A stretch of DNA of 64,000 nt, taken from the NCBI RefSeq assembly GCF_009914755.1, contig NC_060937.1, one strand, 5' to 3'. Below, piece by piece: positions 1 to 16,128 of this stretch. The notes beneath the pieces were generated by a model. The model was given only the letters and a program-made list of their open reading frames with translations, searched no databases and was not told the origin of the DNA. This stretch comes from the human T2T-CHM13v2.0 reference genome, Homo sapiens. Every line of letters begins with the position of its first letter. The first letter of the stretch is position 1. Both the position numbers and the translations under genes were made by a program.

Positions 1-432
1 GTTTTGCTCATGCACGTTATAACTGTCCACCTTGTGTTCAAATATAACTTTTGTGATAAATGCAATACATATACAATTATGAGACACTCAAATGAGACCA
101 CAATAATACAATTTGGGGAACTTGTTTATTTGTAACTCATTCAGTCTTTGTTTCTTAGTACAAACAAGATGAGTGAATTAATCCAGGCTGTTTAAATATC
201 TTCTGCCTGAGCAATATATAAATACAATACCTTACTGTGTTACATGCAGTGTATTCTTTCTTTACACAGGCACACACACACATTGTATACAATATTAGTG
301 CATAAATGATTAAAAACATGTTAATCTGCTTCCCTCCCTGTTTGCTTTCAGTATTTTTCAAAACATAATACAACTTCACCACCACTGCCCTCCATGTGGA
401 AACAGGCTCATTTTCTCACCTAACAAAACAAG

Positions 433-730
433 GGCTGGGCACAGCGGCTCATGCCTGTAATCGCAGCACTTTGGGGGGCTGAGGGGGGTGGTGGATTATG
501 AGGTCAGGAGTTTGAGACCAGCCTGACCAACATGGTGAAACCCCGTCTCTACTAAAAATACAAAAAAAGTAGCCGAGTATGGTGGCACGTGTATGTAATC
601 CAGCTACTCAAGAGGCTGAGGCAAGAGAACTGTTTGAACCCGGGAGGTGGAGGTTGCAGTGAGCCAAGATTACACCACTGCACTCCAGCCTAGGCAACAG
701 AGTAAGACTCCATCTCAAAAAAAAAAAAAA
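433..730 (+). mobile_element. AluS (Sg-like), full length
   Basis: Alu dimer, poly(A) tail, TSD aaaacaaggg. Confidence 0.93.
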
Positions 731-2711
731 CAAGGGGGAATTATAGCTAGAGTGACTTAGATTAGATAACAAAAGAGACTTCCTGGATGACTACACTAAT
801 CGTCTGAAAGATCACCTAAATTGTAGCTTTCACGCTCTTGATGGGAATTAGTGAGAAAGACACAATTAACTTAAGAAATGCCATTCTCTGTGATTATTTA
901 TGCAAAATCACATACCTTAGTATTTCCGTGATGAGGCCAGATACATTTTAAAGGCAACTTGCCATTAAATAATGGGACAAAATATAGATTTTTTTGTAAA
1001 AAAGCAGAAAGTTAAAATGAAAACAAAAGACAAAAGCAAGGCCTTGTGGCCTTCAAGTGAGCTTTTAGAGTGCCTTTAGCTCCTATTGCTATAAAAAGTG
1101 AAAAGAAACAGATTCTGTTTCTATGGCTCACACACCTTTTATTCTTACCCATTTTCCCATCAGGATGTAAAATATGAACATTATACTGTTCTCAACTTGA
1201 AACTCTATCAGGGAAAATGGAGACTTGTATGAAGCCTCCCACTCCTTTTGTTAATCTGACAAGTGCCACATGTTGCAGCTAATATGCTATTCTGTTCTTA
1301 TCTCCCCAAATTCACATGTCTGAGAAAACCAGCACACAGTAGAAAAACAACCTGAATTCTGGCCACATCTCAAGAGTTAAGATAGGCATTAGTTCCTGCC
1401 TTAGAATTTCCTGACCTGGGAGTAAAAATTCCTCACTTAAGCCATGCTGTCATTTAGATGAGTTCCATTGTAATGGCATATCTATAAACCAACATTTCTG
1501 AATAGGTCCTTGTTTCATTTGGTGATTTCCTGAGGAAGTTTTGTCAGTGCTCTGATGTACAGTAGCCTGATAAGCCTTTCTTTAGCACCCATATATCACT
1601 CCTTAACCTTTAAGGGAGACTATAGGCAGCCAGGCTTTCACCCATTTGGGTAATGATGGTGCATCCACCATCATTTGAAGCAGATTAACCAGATGGTACC
1701 TCTACACAGAAACTTGCATTTTAAGCTTCATTAAGATTTCTCTACCAAAAATGTCACCCTCTGAACTATCTATTTATAAGTGAAAAGGTTTAGAATCTTG
1801 TAAACTTAGGAATACACATCAGATCATCTCTCTCTCTCACACACACACAAACACACACAGAACACACACACGAAATCAGCATCTGATAAAATTATAATAG
1901 TTTAAATTAACACATTTTTTAATAAGAGAGAATTACACCATTAGATATGAGAAGTAAAATCTCTAGGAAATGTTGAGCTTTAAAAAAAATTTCATTCCTT
2001 TATACTGACTTTTCCTCCTATCTAAACTATCTGTATTTCAACTGTGTATCAATGAATAATGCTCAGAAGTGTTAAGTCAAATTCTTTTGTGAATTGGCAC
2101 ATTATTAAAATCCACGTGAAAAACTCTTAGAGACACAAATGATGTATTACATAAAAATCATGGTATAAAATAAAAAAAGATGTCAGGTGGACAATGAATA
2201 CACTTTGTGATTCAAAATTCAACTTGAGTCTCATACCACTTCGTGGAGCCGTTGGAAGCACGTGGAACATTAACAGAATGATCTTAGATTGCATTATGAA
2301 ACAAATGTACTGGAATTTTGGGATTTCCTCAATCCTCAATTTTATATACTTAAATTTGGAAATAGGCAGCACTCTTCTTAGAAGAAACTTTATTGGAACT
2401 TGGCCTTGAAGGGTAAGTGGCCAGTTTCTAAACTGTAAAGGTGGAAGGGCTTTCTGGCCAGAAAATACAGCAAGATCAAAGTGCAAAGATACCAAAGAGA
2501 ATGGTATATTCAGAGAACAGACCACATTTCACTTACGAATGGCAGAACTACTGCTGTAAAACAAGAGTAATGTTAGGTCCCAAAGCTATGCAAGGTGGTT
2601 GGGCCAGATTGTCATCCCTCTGTTGAATCCTGCGATAGAGATTTTGACTTTATTCTGTTAATTGCAGAGGGTTACACTTATTTTTAATGAGAAGATCTAC
2701 TAAGAATAAAA

Positions 2712-2838
2712 TCAATATCACCTTGGAATTTGTGCAAAATGCAAATTCTTGAGCCCACCCCAGTCTTAATCAGCATGTCTAGGGCTAAAGCCCTGGATAC
2801 ATTATGAAATAAGACCTCCAGGTGAATCTAATACTCAG
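2712..2838. mobile_element. MER5-like hAT DNA transposon relic
   Basis: aaatgcaaattcttgagcccacccca...ccaggtgaatctaat motif. Confidence 0.6.
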
Positions 2839-3297
2839 TGTGTAGGGGCTTGTTTACTCAGAAAGCTAAAACCAAAGCAAAATAAGATCATTAAAGACCT
2901 TCTCATAAGCTTCCATGTGGAATTCCCATTATTTATTCTGAGTAAGTATAAAGGCATTTGTTTGCATGAGGTATCCATACTTGCATCATTAAATGTGTCT
3001 ACTTAAATTAAAATTACTCTTTCCTTAAATGTAGATATTATTCCTAGGAGTTAATAATAATTATAATGTTTATGAGATTTTAGCGAATTTGCCTGAAAAA
3101 AAAACTATGGAAACCGTGTGTGTGTGTGTGTGTATCTCCACATTTATTATTTAATTATTAGAAATAAGAGAATGATGCCTTTAACATCTTTGAAAATGAA
3201 CATTTATATTCATCCTAGTTGGTGGTGTCATCACCAAATAGTAGCAAACTTTCAAAACATAAAGTGACCATAGGAAAGGTATTAATAGATCTGGTGT

Positions 3298-3415
3298 CAG
3301 GGTTTCTCAACAGAGGAGCTAGCCACATTTTGTGTAGGTCAAGATCTAATTTTCGTTTTGTGGATTGAAAAAATGTTAGCATACTTGGCCTTATTCATTA
3401 AATTCTAACAACATC
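3298..3415. mobile_element. MER20-like relic
   Basis: cagggtttctcaac terminus and ...tgttagcatacttggcc. Confidence 0.45.
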
Positions 3416-3571
3416 TCAGGCTTCATTACACTCAGCATAGGCATCCACATCCAGATCCCTCTGGAAGGGTGGGGTGGAAAGGACACAGCAAAGGGCACCC
3501 ATGGAAAGAGCATGGTGGCAGAGGATCAACTAGGATACTCGTAGGAAAATGTGAGGATAATTTTCTGCCTG

Positions 3572-3573
<2 letters not shown>

Positions 3574-3603
<30 letters not shown>
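3574..3603. repeat. (CA)n microsatellite
   Basis: Read directly from the sequence. Confidence 0.95.
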
Positions 3604-3606
<3 letters not shown>

Positions 3607-3803
3607 TTCCGTAGTTTTTCCCGAACCCCTATATACCTTTGTTGCCTCACTTGTAAGTGTACGGTTTGGATAGGATGACTGCTGTTTGCAGCACAGACTT
3701 AGCACCTTGCTTATATCATGGCACAAAGTAGAGGCTCAGGAAACCTTAACTGAAATAACGTGAACTAATGTGCCATCTACATCTTGACTCAACAATTCGT
3801 CTT

Positions 3804-3978
3804 ATGGCAAAACCCCACATCTACAAAAAATACAAAAATTTGCCAGGAGTGGAAGCATGCACCTGTAGTCCCCAGCTACTTGGGACGATCGCTTGAGCCT
3901 GGGAAGTTAAGGCTGTAGTGAGCCATGATTGTGCCATTGCACTCCAGCCTGGGCAACAGAGAGAGACCCTGTCTTAAA
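3804..3978 (+). mobile_element. 5'-truncated AluJ
   Basis: Linker and right arm with AluJ-type gatcgcttgagcctggg and gagaccctgtct. Confidence 0.85.
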
Positions 3979-4614
3979 TATGTATATAGTCTGTTGGGTT
4001 AAAATCAGATTACTGACAACTATATGCCTAAGAGATGATTACTTTTACTTTGATGACTTTGAATGAGTTATTTTTATGGTTCAAAACTAAACACAAATTT
4101 ATTTTAAAAATTTAAAAGAAATAATCAAAACATAGAAGACAGGAAACAAAGATACATTTTAAAAGATACAAGATTTGGTGAATTTTGTTTTTACTTATTT
4201 GGAAATGTGTCAGATATTAGATGCGGCAAATAAAATGAAAGTTTGAATAGAGAAATAGATATTTTAAACATAAAAAACGATCTTTGGAGTCTCAGAATCA
4301 GATTGTTGTATAGTGAATTTCTCCCAAATGTTAAACGTTTACCTAATTTACATCTTATATAAGGTGCTCCTGCAAATGAGCAAAGATCAGAAACCTTCAC
4401 TCTATTTTATCAGGTTGTTATAATGTTGATTTCAAGATCACTTAAGATACATGCAAGAAAATAAAAACATAAGTTCAATATGTATATGAATCTCTATATA
4501 AAATGTTTTACTTAAAACAGTAACTTAATGACATATTTTTAAAAAGCTCTTTAGAAATACTGAAAAGTAATAATAATAATAATAGTAATTCAGCAGTAGT
4601 ATTAGTAGCAGTAG

Positions 4615-5010
4615 TCTGTTACAACAGCAAGAACAGATACATTGACCAATGAAATGAAATTAAAAGTCCTCAGAGACAGATGTATGTATATATGGAAACT
4701 AAATATATAATGGAATAAGGCCAGGTTACTTAGTAGAAGGTACAGAGAAACATAAATCACTACATGTGGAGAGAAATAAAAATGGACCCCTAAAACTATG
4801 TATACATTTGGAATTGAGCAGGGATTAAAGACTCAAATGTGAATGGTTAAACTATAAATTAAGGTCCTACACTGTTATTAATGATACAAATATTTATGTT
4901 TATGGTTATAATAATAAGTTTGGAATTATTTTGTCTCCAAAAACATAAAACATAAGGTAAAAGTTATTAATGTCATTATGTCATAATTAAGAGTTCCTAC
5001 TCATTGAACC
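4615..5010 (+). mobile_element. Ancient L1M ORF2 fragment
   Basis: aagaacagatacattgaccaatgaaa and gattaaagactcaaatgtgaa resemble L1 ORF2. Confidence 0.5.
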
Positions 5011-7939
5011 TTTGTCTACGCTGCCTTTGGATGGTGGATGCTCTGTCAGCCAGTATTGGAAAGTAGATGAGTTAAGGATCAGGCTGTGAGATCAAGGCCT
5101 AAAAAAGGTAAAACCCACCTGCAAGTGCACTGAAAGTTCTATTGATTTTTGTATATTTTTTAGAGAGAAGGGAACTCAAACATAGAAAACAGCTCAGCAG
5201 CTGATAACTAAAATAGCATGATAAGGTCCATTCTAACATTAAAATTTTGTGATTTTTCTGACAAGCCCACATCTGTATAAAACATGTATGAGGGTAAATG
5301 AGGGTAGCAGAAGGAGTTAGGATGTCAAAAGAGTACAGAGATTTCTGCTTTTATAGAACATGCTTGGCTTTGGAATGAAAGGGATATAAAAGTGATCGAG
5401 GACGGAGCCATCACTTTCCCACTCCCTGTCTGGGTGACCTGTGGCAGATTACTTTCTCCACATAACTGTGTCATCATCGGTGATCTGTGCGTAGTTCTTT
5501 TCTGTCTTACATGAGTCCTCTAAATAACCTGCCTTCCAATATCTATTCGGTGACAGCTCTGAAAGTCACAAATGTATTTCTATTTTTATATAATTAATGG
5601 TTCCTTTATGTTTATATTTCAACAGGGAATATTTGAAATATGGCAGATTAAAACTTGATGTCTCTTGAGAAGTTTATTTTAGCAACACCCATCATATTCG
5701 TGGTCTTTAGCTTTACTCAGTCTCGTACAAAACAAATAAATCAACCCTGAGAAGTTATAGATCTTAATCATAAGCATAACAGGAAATAGATTTGAGAATG
5801 AATTGTGTTGCAACAAATCTTCATGTGTATGTTTACAGATCTGTGTGCTTACGTTTGAAAGTTTGTGTGTATTGTGTGTTTTTGTAGGTGTGAGCATATT
5901 AAAATCGCAGGCAACCTCTGTATATGTACATATTGTGAAGCTGAAAAGGAAAATTAAATGAAAAATCCATCTTCTTAGAAAGTATATTTGTTCATAATTC
6001 ACAACCACAGGAACAATTAGGCCCTGATTTTGACGTGTCAGAGGGTAAAACGATGTCAGATTTTGTGAGTTAGAGCTTTAGAATTAAGATTTCATGCACT
6101 GCAGGCGAAGCAATAAACACCACAGAGGAGAAGTTTCTAATTTTGGTTTTTATATTAGTATCCCAGGCCTCATCAGCCTGTGGGAAAGAGAGATAATAAA
6201 AATAATGTGTACTGTTTAAGATTATACATTTTCCAGTTCTCACGTATTTATGTCACCCTAATTTTCCATCAACACTCTTGACTACACTTTTATTACAGAA
6301 ATTCTGTCATAAATGAAACTTACAGATGCGTTTAAAAAATACTGCCTCTTTAGCCCATGGCACATTAACATGAAATTAAGGTAGGGCAAATATCTGGATG
6401 GAGATCCAAATGCAATTAACATCATTAATAAGAGAAGGGATTTAACGGCCCTAAGAAGTGGAACTTGCCTGGCTGGTTCTTCACTAGAAGGCTTCAGGTC
6501 ATCTTGACTAGAACGAGGTAAAGAGAAAATATCAAATTAAACAAAAACTAACTTCTGTGTAGACACTTTCTTCTCTTCTCACTGTGTACACATTTTATCC
6601 ATTCACTGAGCTACAAGGCCCATTGCCAAGGTGCCCTCCACAATCCTGGTCTCACCAATGTTTTTGAAGGTGGGAGGAGCTATTTTTCTTGTTTTACTTA
6701 ATTCAATACTTTAGTATTTGCTCTCATTTCTCTAAAAATCATTTCCATGTTCTTTGATGTATCCTCTCACTATTAATCTAGCTAACCTCTTTGTGGAAAA
6801 ATACACCTTGTAAAGCTTTTGTATCTACTACAGAAACTACAGAATATCTGATCCATGGTGAATACTCAGAGAATGAATGTTGTGAAGAAACAAAATATCT
6901 GTCACACCAGACCACACTCTATCTATAATTGTTCCAGAAAGTTTTTATTAATATCACTTTTCCCATAATAAATTTATATAGAAGCATGTGTTGGGGGAGA
7001 ACAAAAATCACAAGTCTTACTGGCATAAACTTTTTCACTGGTAGGAGAAGGTAAAATTGCCTCCAGCATTAGACAAACTGGAAATTAAATACAACACCTA
7101 ATACTTAGTAACATTCTATAGGTTCAGTAGACTCTATCTTATTCTTTACTCACTAGCTTCCACAGATAAATGGAAAATATGATTTTTAATGTCATTACTT
7201 AAAAGTAGTTGGAGTTTGAGCATGGAGTTCAGCAGGCCACGTGGTAAAACCTACCACATGATGATTGTTCTCCTGCAGTTATCCTCTCCATAGCAACATA
7301 ACATTGGTATTAACTCAAGCTTGATGATCACCAGCTCTTGGCAGTAATTCAAGGTATTCAGTATGACTCAAGTCTCTCAACAAAAGTTCCACCCAAACTA
7401 ATGGAAGCAGGGATTATCTCAGGTTTCTGTAGTATCAGTCATCTAGAACTGAAGAACTGTAAATAATTATGTGAATACATTGCATAATAACATCACTGTT
7501 CTATAAGAGAATAAAATTCCACTTTCTCTGTTGATACAGTGTTGATCATTAAGGTCTCCTAAGGGTAATTAAGAAACACCAAAATAAGTTTTTGGAGAAA
7601 ACCAAGGAATGTCCTTATTTTTTCCAACCACCAGATAATAATGATTTATTTTGGCCAACAGTAGACGGAATCCTGACTTAAAAGATGCACACTATTAAGA
7701 TTCTACTTCACACATATGCTGTTCATGCCTTCTCTTCCTTCTCCTTTCTGTCTTCCTACTGACGTGAAATCTGATGAAAAAAAATCTTCTGCTTCTCTGG
7801 CCTCTTAGTCAGAGGATTATCTCTCTTCCAACCTTTATAACAAGGCCCTGCCATTGGGGACATCTTCTAAGAGAAGCCCTCCATCAGATAGTGACCCACA
7901 CTTAAAGTCTGGCAACATTTGAATTCTAATGATCTTCTA

Positions 7940-8256
<317 letters not shown>

Positions 8257-9158
8257 ACTGGATATAAAAGATTTTAATACATTAAAGATGACAATTAGAT
8301 TGTCATATTTTAAACATAAAAATTTTACTTTTGAGAAAAATTTAACAAATATTTGAAGCTTATTTCTTAAATATTTGATCAGAAAAATAATAAAGGAGGG
8401 CATCTTAGCCTTTAGATGTAGGGAGCATTTCTTAGGGGCTACAAGTTGGAACTGAATGCATTTCCAAAATAGAAGTCCCAAAATATTGAACAATGGCAGT
8501 AATATGGGAACCAGAACACAACTTCACAATCTGTTTTGAAAAGACACACTCTCTTAGATATAGTTTAATCTGGTTAGCATTTGATTCAAGGCATATGCTT
8601 TAATATATTCTCATATATTAAACAAATGGCAAGTGAAAACAATAATATGCTAAGATATATTTTATGGTATAATGCGGAGAAGAGAGAGAATGCTTTAAAA
8701 GTATTCAGAAACCAAACCACTGCTGAGTATTTCAGTAATGACACACAATAAGTTTTTTCAGACTTAGTCCTTAGAGCAAATTGATGACAGAGTGCAATCC
8801 CATGGAATCCTGAAAGATACATGAATCGTATCAACATCAATCTTCTCCACACCAAACCACCTCTAAAGTTTCTTCACATTTTAACTTTGTGAGTTTCTTG
8901 ACATTGTAGCTGCCACAATTGAGATGATGATGGTAATGTTATTAAAGTTATGGCTATAAGTATCACCTCTCAACTAATTTGAAAAACAAAACTAGGGAGT
9001 TAAGTGGCTATGAAACTCAAAGGTCTATGTTTATTTATTCCCAATGTCATCTTCAGTCATTATTAAAAAGAAATGGTACAACCGTATGATGACAACCAAG
9101 TAAGTCCACTCCTATATCCATCCAGCACACACTCTACCTCTGTCTCCACTCATCTTGA

Positions 9159-9516
<358 letters not shown>

Positions 9517-10869
9517 GCAAGTATTAATTTTTTAAGGAAAACAAACAAACAAACAAACAAACAAACAATCCCTTCACAGTTTTCTAATCCACAACTCTTA
9601 TGAAAAAGTGGTATTTAAATATAATGCTAACAACATATAGACTAGTCAAGATATATGAAGAAGGCATTTGTTCATTTATTCATTGTTAATTTATACGTAG
9701 TCTGTGTAGATAGTGGAGAATGAAGGAGTTCTTTCCTCAAAAACTTTGCAGTCTGGTGAGGAGTAGATGAATTGATCATTAATAATACACAGGATAGTAA
9801 GTGATGAGACACAGCCCTGAACTGGGTTCTATAGAAAAACAGAGGAGAGGCTTTACCGCCTCTCCTTGACATTTAATATGAAAGGAAACAAAGCCGTCTC
9901 TTTTCCAGTAATGCTCTAAGTCTTCCATAGAAAACATAAGTTCTCCAATACTGCCTCAAGTACAGTGAGAGCAGTATCTATAGGTGGACATTGACCCAAA
10001 CATTCCTTAGTGACAGTTTACACCCTACTTAAAAACGAGTGTTTGATTTGGTAGATGGTGCACTTGATCTAGTGTAGACACGTGATTGAGGGCAAAAAAA
10101 ATCAAGCTAAGATACATGGAAGACTCAGCGTGGGTTAAAAATCGGTTAGTAAGAGTTTCTTTAATCACAATCACTCTGTAGGGGCAGCTAGTAGTGAAAC
10201 TGAAAGTGGTTAAAATATACTTCTTGCATTGCTGTTTTTGTGCCTTTCTCTCCCAGCTTTCAAGGTCCCATCTCCTCTGCTCCCCACAAGTTCTTCTCTC
10301 TGACAGCTCATAGCTGTCTGCTCTGGTATTCCACCCAAGCACATTTTCCTTTTATGCCAAAATAACTTCTCTCCATCAATCACTATAAAGACTTCTATTT
10401 CCTTAATGGAAATTATATCTGATGTTTGAAGAAAAATAATCTGATTTTTAAGCCATTTCATGCTAAAATAAAGGTGACTTTTCTGTGAGACTTAAAATAT
10501 TCCACGGGGTGGTTGCATTTGAAAGAGGATGCTTGTAGACATAAATAAATTTTTAACTGGAAGAATTTCTTCACAGAGGTCAAGAATGACTGCATCGCAG
10601 TGGCAACTTCCTGATGTCTGTAAACTGGCCTACATTTGGCTACAGGGAGGGCACGTGTGTGGCCCTGCCACTGTCCTCCAATCCATGAGCTCATGGTGAG
10701 ACAGTGCTAAGCGTTCACTCAAAACTTGTTATGTGTTATTCAAACTAGGTTTGGGGTTTTTTTGAAAATTATAAAGCTTTTAGTTTTTGTAAGGAAGTCA
10801 GCATTTCTGAATATATTGGGCCTGGCCACTTGAATGTCCCAGCTGACGAACTCTAGAGCCTCTTTTTTA

Positions 10870-11060
10870 GGGGTGTGTGGGGGGGTCCTAACACAAATAT
10901 TAGATTCAGTGAAAGCTAAAAGGACTCAAAGAATTTAGAAACACTAACACACTCTTAGTAATGGTTTATTACAGTGAAAGGCTGTAGACTAAAGTTAGCA
11001 ATGGAAAAATGTACTAGGGGAGGGTCCAGGAGATAGCAGACATAGGCTCTATTTCTCTTC
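10870..11060. mobile_element. MER21-like LTR fragment
   Basis: ggtttattacagtgaaagg...gggtccaggaga motif. Confidence 0.55.
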
Positions 11061-11399
11061 TTTCATAACATGTAAGTGAAAAGAAACAAATACAAGTTAT
11101 AGACTGTTTTTTAAGATGTTTTTCAGATGCCAACTGCTCCCACAAAGTCACTGTAGATCACTTGTGCCAGAGTTGATTGCTCTTTGAGATACAGAAGGAA
11201 GCTTTCACGATTTCAAACATTTGGCCTTGTATTATAAATATGTATACTCTTATTTTTCTTCCTATGCTCGAATGAAAGGTCCTTGAAGGCATGAAATCCA
11301 ACTGGCCCATCTTAACTTGCTACCGTCTCTGCCCTTATTCATGTCAGGGGATCCATCAAAATATGTTAATGAATATAAGAATATAATTATCCTATTTAC

Positions 11400-11675
11400 T
11401 TTTTTGAGATGGAGTCTTGCTCTGTTGCCCAGGCTGGAGTGCAGTGGCCCAATCTCAGCTCACTGCAACTCCTGGTTCAAGCGATTCTCCTGCCTCAGCC
11501 TCCGGAATAGCTGGGACTACAGGCGCGTGCCACCACGCCCGGCTAAATTTTTCTATATTTAGTAGAGACGCGGTTTCACCGTGTTAGCAAGGATGGTCTC
11601 AATCTTCTGACCTCGTGATCCGCCCACCTCGGCCTCCCAAAGTTCTGGGATTATAGGCATGAGCCGCCTGGACCC
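11400..11675 (-). mobile_element. AluSc/Y-like
   Basis: Reverse Alu dimer with a small internal deletion. Confidence 0.9.
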
Positions 11676-13057
11676 CTAATTTCTTTACACCAATCTTTTA
11701 ATAGAAGCTCTAATATTTTAGGAAAATGAACATACAATGCAAGCTGTTAAAATCTATCTGTGACAAAAGTCAAATGGATGATAGAAAAGAAAAAAGAAAA
11801 ACAAATAAATAAGAAAAAAGGAAAAATGCTGAAATGAATGATGTAGAAAGATACTTTTAGTTGATTGAGGAAGTTAAGGTCAATAAGGTAGTTGAATTGC
11901 AGCGAAACTTCTTTTGATGTATTTCTTCCTCTTCTACTTATCGTACATAAAGAAAAAAATCTTAAAGCATAGGGAAGTCCAAAAGGCAGGCTAAGGCCTT
12001 CCCTGTGACTATATAAATGCCCTGGGAAGAAGGAATACAGTATTTGTGTCCTTGATAGAATATGGTCAACTCTTACCCAGAGAAGGTGAGCAAGTTGGAA
12101 GTTGAAGCCACACAATTTGAAAAGATTTTTACCTCTAAACCAGGCTTAGAGAAAAGATGGTGACAAGTAAAAGTAATATATAGTTTAATAGTATACAAGA
12201 CTTTATTATTTAAACTTCACCTAAGATAAATAATAAATATGTTTGATTACTTCCATCAGCCTAATAAAAGAACATTAACACATCTTCAACTTTTTGTATA
12301 TGTCATTCAATAGTAATGTTTCATGTCCTTCATGAAATACACTAAAAGTAGAAATCTAAATGATAAAAGAAATGGGGAATTAACATTAATTAATTATGGT
12401 ATGTTCTTCAGAAACAACATTATAATAACATCATTCTAACTAAAGGATAAAGCAATAATATCTTCAATAAAGCCCAAGTGAGTGAAATTTGTTTCAACGT
12501 TTTAGAAAATTTTGGTTTAGTACCCTGAGATACAGCAATTTAAGGATTCGGTTCTCAGTTTAATATATGCCAATATTTGGCTTTAAATATTGTCAAAATA
12601 AGAATTAATAGAAGAAGTTAATCAATAATTACAAATATAAAATCCCTGTGTTAATTTTTCCATTGCACTTGGTAATTTTTCAACCCTGCTTAACAATTTC
12701 ATTTGTTACTTGGCTATCAACTTTTCATCTTTTTGATATTAAACTGTCATTCATTTACACTGATTTGTTATTTTTTTAACAAGAGACTTCAAAACCCATT
12801 AACTTTTTGATTTTTAAGAATTTTAAGCAAGTTTTTAAATATGGACATTTGAGAGTTTTATAAATGACACATGCTATTTTATAGGTCTTGAATTAATAAC
12901 CATAATATTAATTTGGGGTGATAGTGGGGTGCCTGCACATCTGTGTTGCAATTTCTCTCCTGGATAGCATATAAATTATAACATAAATGACTTTGGTGTA
13001 TTGCAATGTCTGCAACTATATCCTAGAATGTTCATTTAAATTATGACCATTAAAATT

Positions 13058-13215
13058 AATAATAGCTTATCTTTACATAATGATTACATAGTTTTAGGCA
13101 GCTATCTAAGTACTCTACATTAACCAACTTAGTCCTCATGGGTTATCTCTGAGGCCAGTCCTATCGTTGTTCCTCATTTACAGGTGGAAAAACCACGGTT
13201 TGAACTCAGAAAGTT
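13058..13215 (-). mobile_element. MIR relic
   Basis: cctcatttacaggtggaaaaacc resembles the MIR core. Confidence 0.5.
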
Positions 13216-13969
13216 GGCCCCTCAGTCTTGCTAGATAACATCAATAGCACCCACTATCTCTAGTGCTCCAGATGAAACAGTGACTCCTTCAGGGTGGCAT
13301 CTTGTAGTTACCTCCCCTCCCCACCATGTGCCTTGTGCTATTAAGCAAGTCATTTGTGCCTGGAAACTAGTTTCTTTAGCATTTGTTTCCTTTAGTGTTC
13401 AATGAATTAAGTGTGCTACATTTATTACCAAAGTCATATCTTGCAAAAGCCTAAAATAAAATATTCGTTGAATAATTTCAACAAAAATTGAGTGAGTTCC
13501 TACTGTGTGGCACAGGCTGTGTTAGATGCTATAATTCAGCTGAACACAAGAGATACAAATCTTCTCTAAGTAAATCATATTCTACTAGATCTGCTTTTTA
13601 AAAAATCCTCATGTATAGCAAACATCTCACACTATGTACTTTGTTTTATGATTTTTCCTACAAATCTTCTGCAAGGCCTGCTACACACCTGCCAACATAT
13701 TTTCTTGGCAACATAATGCATTTAAGTTTGTGGCCATATGCTTATTACGTACTATTTTAGTCACATTTATAGTGGCAGACAAAAGATAATGTTTCCTCCA
13801 AAGCACCCGGCTTTTGAACTTTCTCTATTAAGAAGGACACCCATATCCATCATAAAGTTTAACACAATTTTGTAAAGTCCTCGATTGAATATAACAAAAT
13901 TCTAAACATTGCGATAAACTTGTCAAGGTTTGCTTTACTCATGATAACTGCTTGATCTTTCTTCAATCT

Positions 13970-14283
13970 TTTGGTCACCCCTTTCGGTCCTGTACTCTTT
14001 GGAAGGAAGTCACTCTGTGCTGTCCAGGAATGAGAGTTAGGCTCTGCCTCTTTGAAGGCAGGGCATCCACATAAATTATCTGGATTCTTCTGCATGCAAG
14101 AATAAACTCTCCCCCATTGACTTATGTATTCTGTCATTCATTTAAATCAAAATGAATTCAGAAACATTTATTTTGTATTTTGGGTTATAATCTAATACTA
14201 CTGGTTAATTTTGTTCTGAAACTTTTCCAGTTTTGACTATTAGGAGCTCTTTCAGTTGTCTACTATGCCCTGTGACATACCCC
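13970..14283 (-). mobile_element. L1MC/MD 3'UTR fragment
   Basis: tactctttggaaggaagtcact...ttgggttataatctaatact...gagctctttcagttg. Confidence 0.7.
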
Positions 14284-15796
14284 ATGTCACAGGGGTGGCA
14301 AAAATGGCAAAATATGATAAAATATATTGTTTCACTTGGTTAAGATGGTAAAGTAAATATAGTAATAACTACATTTTTATATTAGTAATATTAATATCTA
14401 CAAAATACTCTGCTTTGCATAATCCTACTACAAATCAGAGATGGGGGCAGCTATACTAACTACTTTACAAATTGATTAGGCAGTTTCTTTAAGAAGGTTA
14501 AGTGATTCATCTCTAATCATGCAGAGAGACCACAAATCTCAACGCATCTTTTAATGAGACACCTTTCCCCAATATTTTTTGAATGAACTCCAGAAAAAAA
14601 AGAAAATAATGCCTGTATTCTTTTGTTATGAGATAGCTGTTTTCTGAATATTTTCAGAAGTAACCATTTTCAATGTTAAATGCATACAAAATATATTCTT
14701 AGCTTACAAAAGCTATCAAAACAATTGTTGGACATAATATTCTATGGAAGTTCTAGAACTAGACAAAAACTCAAGTGTTGCATGATATTTTTAGTTGCAT
14801 CAAGATTTAAAATCAATAATGGACTATTATTTGTGCTATACTATATTTTAAACAAAAAGCAGAGACCACTGAACATTTTGATTTTGCTTTTATGGAATAC
14901 ATTCCTTCTACATAAAGGTCTTCTGCATCCAAAATGAGTTCATTTTACCCATTAGTGGAGAAAAACCCATTTTGCCTTTTTTTGGGTTCATTTTCATCTC
15001 AGAGAAATAATACAAATCTTGGCCTGCAGCATTTCCTGCGGCTTAATAACCAGCTGGACCTCAAGCCATCACCTCCTCTCAGGCAACCATTAGTTCCCAG
15101 GAAACACTCTTTGCCTTGATCATTATTGCATAATTAAGACCATTTTGTGTTCCTTTAATGTAGCATATCAATTATTGAGGAGAAATATAATACAGGGAAA
15201 AAAGTGATGACATTGCTTTATATTTAAAAAGAAGAAAAATGAAAATGAGTAATCCTACAAGCTATTTTAATAACTGTCCTTCAAAAGAAAACCAATATCC
15301 AAAGTAAATTGCTAAAGAGCTTCTTATTTCGATATTTCTACTTGCAGATAATTTGGCAAAATGGATAAATAACAAAGAATACAACAAAGCGGATATTTGT
15401 CCTCAAGGAAATTTTACAGAATGTTCCCAAACCTTGGTGCATGTAAGCTGCAGTGTTGGGAATAAACTCCAAATTCAAGTAAGTAGGCAAGCTAAGCAGC
15501 CAATGGAATATTCACATAAAATCATGAGCTTTTTCGGTTACAAAAATTCAAAATAGACCTCTTCCCCTCTGATTTCCTCTTCATTATAACCAATGGCTTT
15601 ATTTTGCATAGAAAAGATGAGTAGAGAAAAGGGACCCTATTTACCCACACACATACTGTGCAACAACACCTCTGATGATTCACCCCCCTCCAAACCAGAG
15701 GAAGTCAGAGAGTAGGTAGATAAAATATAGGCCGTTATATTATTCAAATACTATTCTTAAGCAAACAAGGGATATGAGAAAGTGCTAATAGTCTGT

Positions 15797-16128
<332 letters not shown>

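Noticed and set aside
2127-2626. 132-aa minus-strand ORF, overlapping ORFs and a strong donor GAAGG|GTAAGT at 2413
   Set aside because: No recognisable protein and no convincing partner acceptor. It could be a lncRNA exon, but I cannot support that.
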